A DNA stretch of 64,000 nucleotides from an uncultured virus (IMG/VR IMGVR_UViG_3300025141_000001) (IMGVR_UViG_3300025141_000001), one strand, 5' to 3'; counted from the first letter of the stretch, positions 44,783-55,411 are shown. Numbers and translations are program-made. The notes: a model not told the origin generated them from the letters alone.

Positions 44783-45735
44783 TGGATCCCAAAGGTGGTA
44801 CGGAATTACAGTTCGATGAACTTAAGAAAAGACTCCCAGAACATTATTGGGAAAAAATTAATATTACCACTTCAGTTCCTGAAAAAACTCCTATTCAAAA
44901 AGGTCGACTCAATATTTTATGGATAAAAAATTCTTATGACCAACCCAATGTTAAACCCTGGTTTGAAAAACCGGAGAATCATATTAAATATGATTGGTAT
45001 ATTTTTAATTCTCATTGGACTTTTGAAAAGTATAGGCTTTATTTTAACGTTCCTACTTCTCGTTGTCGTGTTATTAAAAATGCCTTACCCACTCGTCAAT
45101 GGTTACAAAAAGCCATCTATAAAAAAGATCAGCCTTTAAGATTAATTCATTGTTCTACTCCCTGGAGAGGATTGAATGTCCTTTTAACCGCTATGCATTA
45201 TGTCAAACATAGAGATATTCAACTCGATGTTTATAGTTCTACTCAACTTTATGGAGATGAATTTAAAAAGATGAATGATAAACACTATGAACCTCTTTAT
45301 GAGCATGCGAGAAAAATGGATAATGTGAATTATCTAGGTTATTCCCCTAATAAAAGGTTAATTACTGCCATGCAGGATACCCATGTCTTTGCCTACCCAT
45401 CTATCTGGGAAGAGACATCTTGTATTTCTGCTATCGAAGCCATGGCTGCAGGAAATATTCCTTTGGTCACTAATTTTGGAGCGTTGCCCGAGACGTGTGG
45501 AGACTATGGATTTTATGTTCCTTATGATACCAACCCTCAAACGTTAGCCCGAGAGTACGCGGCCTATCTAGAATATATTAAAAGAATTTTACCTACTGAA
45601 GCTATGCAACAACAAATAGAAAATCAAAGACAGCATTTCATTCATTTTTATAGTTGGGATCAACGTATTAAAGAATGGATAGCTTTTTTAAATAATGCTC
45701 TTCAAGCAAAAGGAATTTCTCATGAAGCCGGGTGA
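44782..45735 (+). CDS. glycosyltransferase (GT-B, GT4-like)
   Basis: GGTE, STPWRGL, YPS.WEETSCISAIEAMAAG..P..T..GALPE. Confidence 0.85.
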   Translation: MDPKGGTELQFDELKKRLPEHYWEKINITTSVPEKTPIQKGRLNILWIKNSYDQPNVKPWFEKPENHIKYDWYIFNSHWTFEKYRLYFNVPTSRCRVIKNALPTRQWLQKAIYKKDQPLRLIHCSTPWRGLNVLLTAMHYVKHRDIQLDVYSSTQLYGDEFKKMNDKHYEPLYEHARKMDNVNYLGYSPNKRLITAMQDTHVFAYPSIWEETSCISAIEAMAAGNIPLVTNFGALPETCGDYGFYVPYDTNPQTLAREYAAYLEYIKRILPTEAMQQQIENQRQHFIHFYSWDQRIKEWIAFLNNALQAKGISHEAG

Positions 45736-46573
45736 AGGTATTCTAACTCAAGAAGCGTTTAAAGGCACTAAACTTCATCCTCAAAACACTATTGATGGAA
45801 CTAAACTATTGGACCAACCGGAGATTAAGATTGAAGAAAATTCTTTATTTATAGTGACTCCTTGTATGGGAACACTTATGTTATCTTACGTTAAATCTTT
45901 ATTGGAACTTCAAACCATTTGTTTTCATAAAGGTATTTCTACTAAAGTTCATATGGTTCAATCCTCTTTGGTAACTCAGGGAAGGAACCTATGTGTGCAG
46001 GCTTTTTTAAATTCCCGTATGTCTCATATGTTATTTGTAGATTCAGATATTGAATTTGATCCTACTTCTATTCCTACGATGATGGACTTTGATAAGGATA
46101 TTGTTTTAACTCCTTACCCAATGAAGGTGTTTAATTGGGACAAGGCAAGAAAGGTAGCTCAAAAATCAGGGAAACCTATTGAAGAATGTCCTCATCTTTA
46201 TTGTATAGATTTTCCAGATAATAATAATATTGAAAGTAAAGGTGGATTAGTTGAAATTGTAAAGGGCCCTGCCGGCTGTATGTTGATTAAAAGAACTGTA
46301 TTTGAAAAGCTTATTAAGGCTTATCCCAATAAAAGAATTAAACAAACTCAACTTATTAATGGTCTCATGGCCACCAGTGAAAACATTTATAACTTCTTCG
46401 ATACCTATTTTGACCCTATTACTGGAGACTTTTTAGGCGAAGATTATGCCTTCTGTAAACTCTGGACAGACATAGGAGGTAAGATATATGCTAATGTAGA
46501 CGCGTATATTACGCACTATGGAACCCATGGTTTTCGTGGAAGATTCATTGACGAAGGCAAAAAAGTAAAGTAA
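45722..46573 (+). CDS. glycosyltransferase (GT-A fold)
   Basis: IVTPC, SSLV..GRN, LFVDSDI (DxD), GCMLIKR.VF, GEDYAFC. Confidence 0.8.
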   Translation: MKPGEGILTQEAFKGTKLHPQNTIDGTKLLDQPEIKIEENSLFIVTPCMGTLMLSYVKSLLELQTICFHKGISTKVHMVQSSLVTQGRNLCVQAFLNSRMSHMLFVDSDIEFDPTSIPTMMDFDKDIVLTPYPMKVFNWDKARKVAQKSGKPIEECPHLYCIDFPDNNNIESKGGLVEIVKGPAGCMLIKRTVFEKLIKAYPNKRIKQTQLINGLMATSENIYNFFDTYFDPITGDFLGEDYAFCKLWTDIGGKIYANVDAYITHYGTHGFRGRFIDEGKKVK

Positions 46574-46642
46574 TACTATAAGATACAGGGATTTTTCAGG
46601 ATTTCCCTTCAACCTGCTTGCATACATTTACAAGGAATTTAT

Positions 46643-48556
46643 ATGGGATTATTTAAATCTATAGGAAAAATCGCTCGAAGTATCACTAAACCACTTAAGA
46701 AGGTCGTTAAAAGTCCTTTAGGGAAAGCGGCTTTATTAGCTGGTATAGGTATCTATGGACCTAAAATGTTTGGTACTCCTAATGTAGGATTCAAAGGAGG
46801 ATGGGGTCAACTCGCAGGTAAATTACCTCCATGGTTATATACACCTGGGGTGGAAGATCCCATAAGTGGTAGTCTGAAGAATAGCATTCCAGCCAAAGGA
46901 GTTCTTCCAGCAATTGGAAAATTTGCTAAGAGCCCTGCAGGAATAGCTACGCTGGTAGGTGGAACAGCGTTAGCCGCTGCACCAAAATTAGAAGAGAAAA
47001 TTGATATCGATGTAGACAGTGCAAAAGGAGATACAGATTACCGAGCACTGGCAGAATACTATGAACCTGAATGGACCCAATGGTTGATTGATCAAGGTTA
47101 CAGTGCAGAAGATGCATCACGAATGGCTAATCAAAGATTGTTCAGTTCTCAAGGTGGAAGAATAGGATTTCGTGTAGGTGGAGGCAAAGGTATGTCTGAA
47201 ACTGAAGATACTGGAATGCCTGTTGGTAGCTCGGGGGCTAATTATGGTGGTGGAAATACTGGAGGAGAAGGTAGAAGCAGAATTCAAAGTGAAAGACAAG
47301 CAGATTTTACAGCCAATCCAAAAAATTATAGAACCGTAGATCGTGGTGGCCACTTACCTAATCGAGGTGGAATTTTCGGCAACGTTAGATCTAATCTGAT
47401 AAGAGGCAGAGCCGAAAGAGAATTACTGAATCGAATGGGTTTAGCCAATCGAGGAAACCTATGGGGTATCCTTGGGAAAAAATCTCCAGATTTATGGGCT
47501 CGTCAAACCGGCAATCCTCATTTAGAGTATAGCGAAGAAGACATTAATAGAATTACAGAAGTTCAAGATTATTTTAAGCAAGGACAAGGAAATTTTAATA
47601 TAACTCAAGATCAATACTATGATATTTTTCCCAGAGATAAACCTCCCATCGATACCGGTGGTGGTGGAGAAGGACAACCTTACATCTGGCCTCATGGAAA
47701 TGTAGGGGCAGTATCCTCTGCGGTTACGCAAAACCCAGCAGGCGATGGAGATTATTATGGGTTTAAAGAATGGGCTGATTGGGAAGGTCAACCGACCACT
47801 CCCATGTTTGGAGGAGATAAATATAGAGGAGTTTTAGCTAGCAAAGGCGGAAGAATAGGATTGTATCTCGGCGGAATGGGTGCTATGAATCAAGGTATGA
47901 ATCCAATGACAATGAACCAAGGTATAGGAGCAATGAATCCGATGGGCTCTATAAGAAGCCAGATGAGGGGAAGACCTATGATGGGCCAAGATCCACGTAT
48001 GGCTCAAATGAATCAACGACAAAATATTAATACAGGTATTCAACAGGTGGCTAGACCCCCTAAAGAATCCGAAGACACAGAACTTCTTCAACTCATTAAA
48101 CTTTTAACTTCTATGGGTATTCCTATGGAACAATTAAGAGGAAGAACTAAAGATGAGTTGGTAGAGATGGCTGTAGCTCTTAAAGGAAAAACTCAAGGCG
48201 GTAGAGACGTTACCGAAACTGCAGAAGTTATTGAAGAAGAAGATGTTAGAGAACAAAATCAAGCCGCGGGTGGTGGACTGATGAGAACCGGTTATGCAAT
48301 GGGTTCTTCTCAATTTGGAATGGGAACAGAACACCCAATCATTCCTGATAAAGATGGTCCTCAATTAGATATGAGAGACAGTGGGGGTTATCAACCTCAT
48401 GGTAAAAAAGAAAAACACGATGATGTAAGAGCACTACTTGCTCAAGGAGAATTTGTTATGACGTCCGATGCTGTTAAAGGTATGGGCGGAGGCGACCGAG
48501 AACTCGGCGCGAAAAAAATGTATGATTTAATGCACAGCATGGAGGCGATGGCATAA
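46643..48556 (+). CDS. probable internal / ejection protein with several GG motifs
   Basis: Amphipathic N-terminus, GGRIG motifs, C-terminal DDV.ALL..GEFV.T.DAV domain. Confidence 0.65.
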   Translation: MGLFKSIGKIARSITKPLKKVVKSPLGKAALLAGIGIYGPKMFGTPNVGFKGGWGQLAGKLPPWLYTPGVEDPISGSLKNSIPAKGVLPAIGKFAKSPAGIATLVGGTALAAAPKLEEKIDIDVDSAKGDTDYRALAEYYEPEWTQWLIDQGYSAEDASRMANQRLFSSQGGRIGFRVGGGKGMSETEDTGMPVGSSGANYGGGNTGGEGRSRIQSERQADFTANPKNYRTVDRGGHLPNRGGIFGNVRSNLIRGRAERELLNRMGLANRGNLWGILGKKSPDLWARQTGNPHLEYSEEDINRITEVQDYFKQGQGNFNITQDQYYDIFPRDKPPIDTGGGGEGQPYIWPHGNVGAVSSAVTQNPAGDGDYYGFKEWADWEGQPTTPMFGGDKYRGVLASKGGRIGLYLGGMGAMNQGMNPMTMNQGIGAMNPMGSIRSQMRGRPMMGQDPRMAQMNQRQNINTGIQQVARPPKESEDTELLQLIKLLTSMGIPMEQLRGRTKDELVEMAVALKGKTQGGRDVTETAEVIEEEDVREQNQAAGGGLMRTGYAMGSSQFGMGTEHPIIPDKDGPQLDMRDSGGYQPHGKKEKHDDVRALLAQGEFVMTSDAVKGMGGGDRELGAKKMYDLMHSMEAMA

Positions 48557-49458
48557 TGGCTGAAACAACTACACAGATAACAAGACCAGCACCCTTTATA
48601 GAAACGTTAGGTAAAACGTTTGGTGAAGGTGTTGCAAGACTCGGTGCTAAACCGATTGATACTACAAAATTTCAACCAACCGTAGCAGCTCAAGGAGCTC
48701 TAGGACAAGCAGCTCAACAAGCTGCAGCAACTCAAGCTGGTTTAGGAACTTTAGCTTTTGATGCAACGACAGGAGCTGTAACAGGAGTCGGAGCAGGAAC
48801 AGGAGTTGCCGGTTATCAACCCTTTTTAGATCAAGCCGCAGCTTTAAGAGGACCAGGCGCTGGAACAGGTGCAGGTTCTGTTTCAGAATACATGAGTCCT
48901 TACACGACGAATGTTATTCAAGCGATGAGAGATGAAATGGCTGATGTTAAAGCACAACAAGATATGGCTCGTAATGCTCAGGCCGTAGGCGCTGGAGCTT
49001 TTGGTGGAGCAAGACAAGGAATTCAACAAGCCGTAGCCGACACAGAATATAATCAAGCCGTTGCTAACATGGTAGCTCAACAACAAGGCATGGCTTATCA
49101 ACAAGCCGTAGGAGCAAGAGCTGCTGATCAACAAATGAATTTAGGACTGGCTCAACTTCAACCTCAATTAGCAGGTCAGAATGTTCAAAACGTAATGGGC
49201 ATCGGTCAACAAGAACAACAATATAGACAAGCGCTAGCAGATACTTTAGCTCAACAACAAAAATTATCATTGTATGAACCTTACCAACGTTATGGATTCA
49301 TGGGTGAACAACTTACTGGTTTAATGGGTGGTTACCCTGGAGGAACTAGAATGACTAATCAACCATCGGCAAGTCCAATGTCTCAAGCATTAGGAATGGG
49401 GATCGCTGGAGGCTTAGGTTATGCTGGCATGAAGAACTTAGGAATGTTCGGAGGCTAA
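48556..49458 (+). CDS. DNA transfer / ejection protein
   Basis: Gln/Ala-rich; YMSPY, AGAFGGAR; hydrophobic Gly-rich C-terminus. Confidence 0.65.
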   Translation: MAETTTQITRPAPFIETLGKTFGEGVARLGAKPIDTTKFQPTVAAQGALGQAAQQAAATQAGLGTLAFDATTGAVTGVGAGTGVAGYQPFLDQAAALRGPGAGTGAGSVSEYMSPYTTNVIQAMRDEMADVKAQQDMARNAQAVGAGAFGGARQGIQQAVADTEYNQAVANMVAQQQGMAYQQAVGARAADQQMNLGLAQLQPQLAGQNVQNVMGIGQQEQQYRQALADTLAQQQKLSLYEPYQRYGFMGEQLTGLMGGYPGGTRMTNQPSASPMSQALGMGIAGGLGYAGMKNLGMFGG

Positions 49459-50558
49459 TGAAAAAACCACACGTACTTAATAGACCAATGTTTACCAAAG
49501 GTGGAATCTCTGCCTACGGGAAAGGTATAGCTTCTAACTTAGTCACTGAAGAACAAAGACAAAGATTTAATTATGGTGGGAGAGTTGGATTAGTCGGAGG
49601 AGGAAATTGGTGGGATGATATAGATTACACGAGTACGCGCTATATGCCAATCGAGCCAGAGTATACGGGTATAACTTCTGGGGGACGATTTGATTATAAA
49701 GAAGGCGATAAAGATAAATGGGTATACCCTAAGCGTGCAGATACTTTTGATTTAGCTTTAGAAAATAGAGCTCAATTGGAACAAAAAAATATCCCTCTAA
49801 AATTAAGAAAATCGGCTGATGAACTTTATAATCTCGACAAGACGAGGGACGAAGCCATAGCCGCTGATTGGCAAAAAGAAGGCGGAGATACTCAAGTCTT
49901 TGATCGGGATGAGTTAGAAATGGCTAGAAAAAGAATCGAAGGTAAAAGAGATTTAGCAACGATGCCTGACTCCGACACCATGGAAGCTATGGATTGGGAA
50001 ACTCTATTAGGGCCTACCGAAGAACAAAAGAAAAGAACTAAAGGTGAAGCTCAACTGGGCTTAGCTGCAGGAGCTCTTGATGTTTTTTCTCAACCCAGTA
50101 TCGCTAAAGGAATGAAAGCGGCTAGTCCTCACCTATTAAATTTAGGTAAGACAGCAACCGCGGATCAAAAAGCTAGAGACAAAGCTATCCTGCAAGGTAA
50201 AATTTTAGACAAAGTGTACCGAGGTCGAGAAGAAGAAAGAGGAATACAAACTAGAAAAAGTCAGGATGCAAAAGCAGGAGGAGATACTCCATCCAATCTA
50301 TTTTGGGGAATTCTAGATGCGGCTCAAATAAAAAAAGGTAAAGCAAAAGACGTCGATTATGCCTACGCCTATGAAAGAGCATCAAACAAACCTACTCAGA
50401 TTATAAAAAAAGAAGAAGACAAAGCAGCGATAGAAGCTAATCCAGATCAATTTAAAGATACTGTATTTGTAATGGGCTCAAGCTTTTTACAAATTAATAA
50501 AAAGACAGGTCGCTTAGAAGACATTACAAAGGAAGTACTGGAAAGCTTCAAAGGGTAG
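49458..50558 (+). CDS. probable ejection protein
   Basis: LNRPMFTKGG and FNYGGRVG motifs; position. Confidence 0.6.
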   Translation: MKKPHVLNRPMFTKGGISAYGKGIASNLVTEEQRQRFNYGGRVGLVGGGNWWDDIDYTSTRYMPIEPEYTGITSGGRFDYKEGDKDKWVYPKRADTFDLALENRAQLEQKNIPLKLRKSADELYNLDKTRDEAIAADWQKEGGDTQVFDRDELEMARKRIEGKRDLATMPDSDTMEAMDWETLLGPTEEQKKRTKGEAQLGLAAGALDVFSQPSIAKGMKAASPHLLNLGKTATADQKARDKAILQGKILDKVYRGREEERGIQTRKSQDAKAGGDTPSNLFWGILDAAQIKKGKAKDVDYAYAYERASNKPTQIIKKEEDKAAIEANPDQFKDTVFVMGSSFLQINKKTGRLEDITKEVLESFKG

Positions 50559-50564
50559 AGAAGC

Positions 50565-53500
50565 ATGGCTACTTATTTTGACCCTACCAAACTCAATTCC
50601 GCTGAAGAAAATAGTGATCCAAGTATCATAGGATCTATTGGTGCTGGTATAGCAACCGGTCTTATTAGAATACCTGAAGGTGCGGCTTCTTTATTTGCTA
50701 GTATTTACGACATCACTAATGACACGGACACAGCCACAGAAGTAGAAGAATGGTTTGATAAAAATGTCTATCAAAAATTAGGTGACATCGATGAGAAAGC
50801 AGAATCAACTACCGCTGGAAAAATAACAGCAGCCCTTGTTAACATTGGTATCCCTGGAGGATTGGCTTTTAGATATGGAACCAAGATGGCTAACTATGCC
50901 ATTAAGAATGCCAAGGTTGGTAAATATTTTACTCTTAATAATAAAGCCCTAGCAGACCAAGCCCAGAAGGCCATTGAACTAAATAAAAAAGGCAAGGTCT
51001 TTAAGTTTGGAGCTGGTGCAGTAACCGGTGGAGTAGCTGAAGGAGTTTTCGTTGGAGACGTTGAAGAGTTTGGAACGATTGGAGATTTATTAGGAGGACC
51101 GACAGCAGTCGATAGAGAATCCTCAACGGGAGGAAGAGACCAAGCCACACGAGAAGTATTAAACAGAATTAAATTTGGAACTGAAGGAGCCTTACTCACA
51201 GGAGTGATTGGGGGTGCAGGTAATCTTATTAAACGAGTAGCAACCAGAGGAGATAAATTAAAGTACAGTAGAAGTTTAACCGATAGACTTCTTAATAAAT
51301 TTTCATCCGGCTTTAGACCGAGAGGAGATCTCCCTGAACAATTCTTTTTAACTAAAGGAGAACAAACAGGTAAGAGAGCTGCCGATTTAAATAGAGCCGT
51401 AGAACTTTCACGAAGAGTGGACATGGATATTGATCGTATGTTTCCCGCGATGAAAAGAATGTTTGATAAGAGCACGAAGATGGAAAAAAATAAAATCTTA
51501 GCAGATCTTGAAGAGGTTATGTTTTCAGGCAAACCGGGCATTGATAAAGCAGGTCGAGTCACTATGGGTGATATGGATGCTAAAATGTTAGAGTCCATTA
51601 AAGCAGCCATGATAAAAAAAGGAGCCAAGCCTGAGCACATTGAAAATATCTTCGCCAACATAGGGATGATGAGAGATAAATGGGGTGATATGGCGACCTT
51701 AATTCAATCTAAACTTCCTTTAGAAGCTCAACCTACATTCAAAGATATCTTAGGAAGTCAATTTAAACAATGGATTGGAAGAACCTATGCGATCTTTGAA
51801 AATAAATCCGCCATTCCTTTTTTAAATTATAAACCTACGGAAGAAGCCTTTGAACGTGTGGTTAATATATTTTTAAGACAAAATAGAAGAGCCATTAACA
51901 GAGCTAAAGAAACACCAGGTGCAGTAGTACCGGACCCTTTAACTTATGAACAAGCGTCTACTCAGGTGGCTAATATTTTAAAAGATACTAAACAAGACAC
52001 CAGTCTTTTAAAAATTCTTAAAGAAACAGAAGGCACACGAGCTCTTCGAACTCCATACTTTGATATCGATGCGAACTTTGTAAAGCAATCTGTAGCAGAT
52101 GACTTAGTGAAGAAAGGGATCTTTGAAAAAAGATTAGAGCAAGCTGTTACTAAAGGAAAATATGCACGAATAGGAGCAGAAGGATTACCTGAACGAACGG
52201 TGATTGGAAAAGGAAGTAAAGCATTCAGAGAATTGTTTGGAGAAGTAAAAGATGTCAGACAAAAGATGCTACATGGAACAGAAAGACTTTCCATGGTGGC
52301 ACGTAAATCAGAATTCTTACAGAAACTTGTGGATGATTCAGCTCAACGAATAACAGATGGAGGAAGAGGATACTTCTACGGAACTAAACAAGCAGCGGAA
52401 AGAGCGCTTGGAGGTAATGTTCCTGTTAAAAAATATGAAGCACCTGGAAGTCCATGGGGTGAAACAGCATCAGAGAATCCTTTGATGGCTGCTTTTCCTG
52501 ATGGAGCTTGGGGTGATAAAGATTTAATGGATGCACTAACCATTACCCAACAAAGATTAATTAATAATAAAACCATTAGCTTCCTCTATGATAGTTTATT
52601 TTTATTTCCTAAAGCTACATCACAGTTTGCTAAGACGGTATTGTCACCGATCACTCATGCACGTAACTTCTTTAGTGCTGCAACCTTTCAAACAGCCAAT
52701 GGAATTTGGTTTGAAAATCCTAAAGTTCTCGCAGCTGCATGGCGAGATGCGATGGGTTCATTACAACCTCAAAACTTTGCACAGAATACTCCTGCCGCTC
52801 AAGAATTTTATAGAAAATTATTAAGATTAAGAGTTACTAATTCAAACGTAAGAATGGGAGACATGTCAGCATTATTTAGAGACATGGCTGAAGGAAGAAT
52901 GACTACCGATAAAACAGCGAAGATGATGCTTCAACCTAAATGGTTTAAGAAGTTTGCTAAGTGGAGTCAGGATATGTATGTAGCGGAAGATGATTTCTGG
53001 AAAGGTAGTAACTGGATCATGGAAAGGTATCGATATAACAATGCTTATAAAAGAGCATTTGATAGAGGACTCATTAAAGAGATGCCATCAGCAAACCAAC
53101 TCGATGAGATGGCGGCTAACATTACACGGAACACAGTACCTAATTATGAATACGTTCCTGAATTTATTAAAGCTTTAAGAAGAATGCCGGTAGGGAATTT
53201 CGTTTCCTTTCCTGCAGAAATTTTAAGAACAGGAACCAACATTGTTCAACAAGCTATCAAAGAAATTAATGATCCTATTACAAGAGCAATAGGAATGAAA
53301 AGACTTGCTGGTTTTGCAGGCACAATGGCGGTTCTACCTCCGGCCATGGTGGGAATGTTTAAAACAATCTACGACATTACGTCGGATGAATTAGCCGCGA
53401 TGAAACGATTCTTACCTGAATGGTCTAAGAACTCTACAATCTTACCGATGAGAGATGAGGAAGGAAATTTAAAATACATCGACATGAGTCATGGCTTTGC

Positions 53501-54602
53501 TTACGACACATTAACTCGTCCAGTTCAAACAGTATTGAATGCTGTAGCCGCTGGCGAAACTAATGAAGAAGCATTAATGGAAAGCTTTATGAAAGGACTA
53601 GCTACTTCCACAGCAGAATTAGGACAACCTTTCATTGCCGAATCCATTTGGACAGAAGCGATGTTGGATGTGTTAAGAGGTGGGGGTAAAACTAAAGACG
53701 GTAAAATTTTATATACGGATAAAACTCCCTATGGAGAAAGAGTCTCAGCGGTGATGGGTCACCTCGTAAGAGCACAAGCTCCATTCTCTTTACAACAAAT
53801 GATTCGTTTAGGTTTTGCAGCTACTGGACAACCAAGTAGAACGGTAGGACCTTACACTGGAACAGGACAAACTTATGAATTAACGGATGAAGCTTTAGGT
53901 TTCACAGGGTATAGACCGGTACCCATTGATCCTGCTCGGAGCTTAGACTTTATGATGAGTGGATACCAAAGAGATATTAGGAATGCACGTAGAGAATTTA
54001 ATGCTAAACTATTAAGAGGAGATCCGATCAGTCCTCAAGATATTGTTGATAGATATATCATTGCTAACAAAGCTAAATGGGAATCAATGAAAGATATGTC
54101 TCTGGATTTAGAAGCAGGAAAAATTCTAGGAGTGGGCGACGATAAATTAGATAACGTGTTGGGAAGAATCTCTAAAAAAGATGCCAATGCTTTAAGAGAA
54201 AATGAATTTATTCCATTTACTATTTCTCCAAATGTACAAGCAGTCTTCCAACAAAACGCAGATAATTTAGGAGTGGCAAATCCTTATGAGGAAGCAGAAC
54301 CTGCCTTGGATAGTATGAAAGACCTGATGGAAGAGATGTCATTATCAATGCCAGAGTGGCCAGATCTAACAGAGTTATTTAATCTGTCTCCACCAGCAGC
54401 CACAGGAACTCCACTTAATACACCATCAGGAGCAGCTACTTTAAACCCTACTATTTATAAGCGTCCTAGCTTAACTTTAGGCGCTGGCAACCAAGCTATG
54501 GGTGGACCAAATCAAGTATTGACACCTAATAGAATGGCATTATTATCGCCCGAGGAACAGTTATATTATATGAGGAGGAACCAAAGGAATTTAATTACAT
54601 GA
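50565..54602 (+). CDS. large internal virion / ejection protein (1345 aa)
   Basis: Size and position at the end of the structural operon; KTVLSP.TH.RN, EDDFWK, GNFVSFPAE motifs. Confidence 0.65.
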   Translation: MATYFDPTKLNSAEENSDPSIIGSIGAGIATGLIRIPEGAASLFASIYDITNDTDTATEVEEWFDKNVYQKLGDIDEKAESTTAGKITAALVNIGIPGGLAFRYGTKMANYAIKNAKVGKYFTLNNKALADQAQKAIELNKKGKVFKFGAGAVTGGVAEGVFVGDVEEFGTIGDLLGGPTAVDRESSTGGRDQATREVLNRIKFGTEGALLTGVIGGAGNLIKRVATRGDKLKYSRSLTDRLLNKFSSGFRPRGDLPEQFFLTKGEQTGKRAADLNRAVELSRRVDMDIDRMFPAMKRMFDKSTKMEKNKILADLEEVMFSGKPGIDKAGRVTMGDMDAKMLESIKAAMIKKGAKPEHIENIFANIGMMRDKWGDMATLIQSKLPLEAQPTFKDILGSQFKQWIGRTYAIFENKSAIPFLNYKPTEEAFERVVNIFLRQNRRAINRAKETPGAVVPDPLTYEQASTQVANILKDTKQDTSLLKILKETEGTRALRTPYFDIDANFVKQSVADDLVKKGIFEKRLEQAVTKGKYARIGAEGLPERTVIGKGSKAFRELFGEVKDVRQKMLHGTERLSMVARKSEFLQKLVDDSAQRITDGGRGYFYGTKQAAERALGGNVPVKKYEAPGSPWGETASENPLMAAFPDGAWGDKDLMDALTITQQRLINNKTISFLYDSLFLFPKATSQFAKTVLSPITHARNFFSAATFQTANGIWFENPKVLAAAWRDAMGSLQPQNFAQNTPAAQEFYRKLLRLRVTNSNVRMGDMSALFRDMAEGRMTTDKTAKMMLQPKWFKKFAKWSQDMYVAEDDFWKGSNWIMERYRYNNAYKRAFDRGLIKEMPSANQLDEMAANITRNTVPNYEYVPEFIKALRRMPVGNFVSFPAEILRTGTNIVQQAIKEINDPITRAIGMKRLAGFAGTMAVLPPAMVGMFKTIYDITSDELAAMKRFLPEWSKNSTILPMRDEEGNLKYIDMSHGFAYDTLTRPVQTVLNAVAAGETNEEALMESFMKGLATSTAELGQPFIAESIWTEAMLDVLRGGGKTKDGKILYTDKTPYGERVSAVMGHLVRAQAPFSLQQMIRLGFAATGQPSRTVGPYTGTGQTYELTDEALGFTGYRPVPIDPARSLDFMMSGYQRDIRNARREFNAKLLRGDPISPQDIVDRYIIANKAKWESMKDMSLDLEAGKILGVGDDKLDNVLGRISKKDANALRENEFIPFTISPNVQAVFQQNADNLGVANPYEEAEPALDSMKDLMEEMSLSMPEWPDLTELFNLSPPAATGTPLNTPSGAATLNPTIYKRPSLTLGAGNQAMGGPNQVLTPNRMALLSPEEQLYYMRRNQRNLIT

Positions 54603-54811
54603 CCCCTAAAACTATAAGAGAAAATATTATCAGTCTACAAGGACACATCACAGGTATTAAAAGAGATGTGGCTAACATCAAGAACAATCATTTGAAACAT
54701 ATGCAGACACATATTCATGACTTGGGTGGCAAGATAGACAAAATCTATTGGGTTCTTTTAGCGATGGTGGGGGCCATTGCCTTACAATTATTTCAGCATT
54801 TCCTAGCATAA
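54599..54811 (+). CDS. small coiled-coil plus TM protein (holin / XhlA-like)
   Basis: NNHLKH, C-terminal TM segment; directly before the endolysin. Confidence 0.5.
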   Translation: MTPKTIRENIISLQGHITGIKRDVANIKNNHLKHMQTHIHDLGGKIDKIYWVLLAMVGAIALQLFQHFLA

Positions 54812-54814
54812 TCT

Positions 54815-55279
54815 ATGCAATTATCTTCAAATTTTAGTTTACAGGAGTTAACTAAGTCACAGACAGCGACGAGGAAGGGCATTGATAATACCCCTAGTCC
54901 TGAGCACCAGGAGAACCTCAAAAGGCTCTGTGAGAGCGTCCTACAGCCCGTTCGAGACCATTTTGGCAAGGTAGTAACCATTTCTAGCGGATATCGCTCC
55001 CCAGAATTGTGCACTGCCATAGGCTCAAAAATCACGAGTCAACATGCAAAAGGCCAGGCGGCGGACTTCGAAATCTTTGGAGTATCTAATAAAGCTCTTG
55101 CTGATTATATTGATTCAGAACTTCATTATGATCAACTCATTCTTGAATACTGGAACGAATCGGATCCCAACTCAGGCTGGGTGCACTGTTCATTTGCAGA
55201 AGGCAAGAATCGCAAACAATATCTGAAAGCTTATAAAGACGAGAGTAACAAAACTTGTTATCAACCTATGGAGGGCTAA
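54815..55279 (+). CDS. endolysin, peptidase M15 family
   Basis: LS.NFSL.E, SSGYRS, SQH.KGQAADF, DQLILE, WVHCS. Confidence 0.85.
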   Translation: MQLSSNFSLQELTKSQTATRKGIDNTPSPEHQENLKRLCESVLQPVRDHFGKVVTISSGYRSPELCTAIGSKITSQHAKGQAADFEIFGVSNKALADYIDSELHYDQLILEYWNESDPNSGWVHCSFAEGKNRKQYLKAYKDESNKTCYQPMEG

Positions 55280-55411
55280 TGATTCAACTATATAATAAAT
55301 TCAATTCGATTTTCAATCAGCATCAAGGACTTGTGTTATTTGTGATGCTGGTTTTGATTTATTTAAAATAATCAAATTTGAAAATTCTGCGCGCCCCACG
55401 CGTATATCCTA

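Noticed and set aside
50894..51661. 255-aa antisense ORF
   Set aside because: Lies wholly opposite the 1345-aa gene; composition typical of an antisense shadow.
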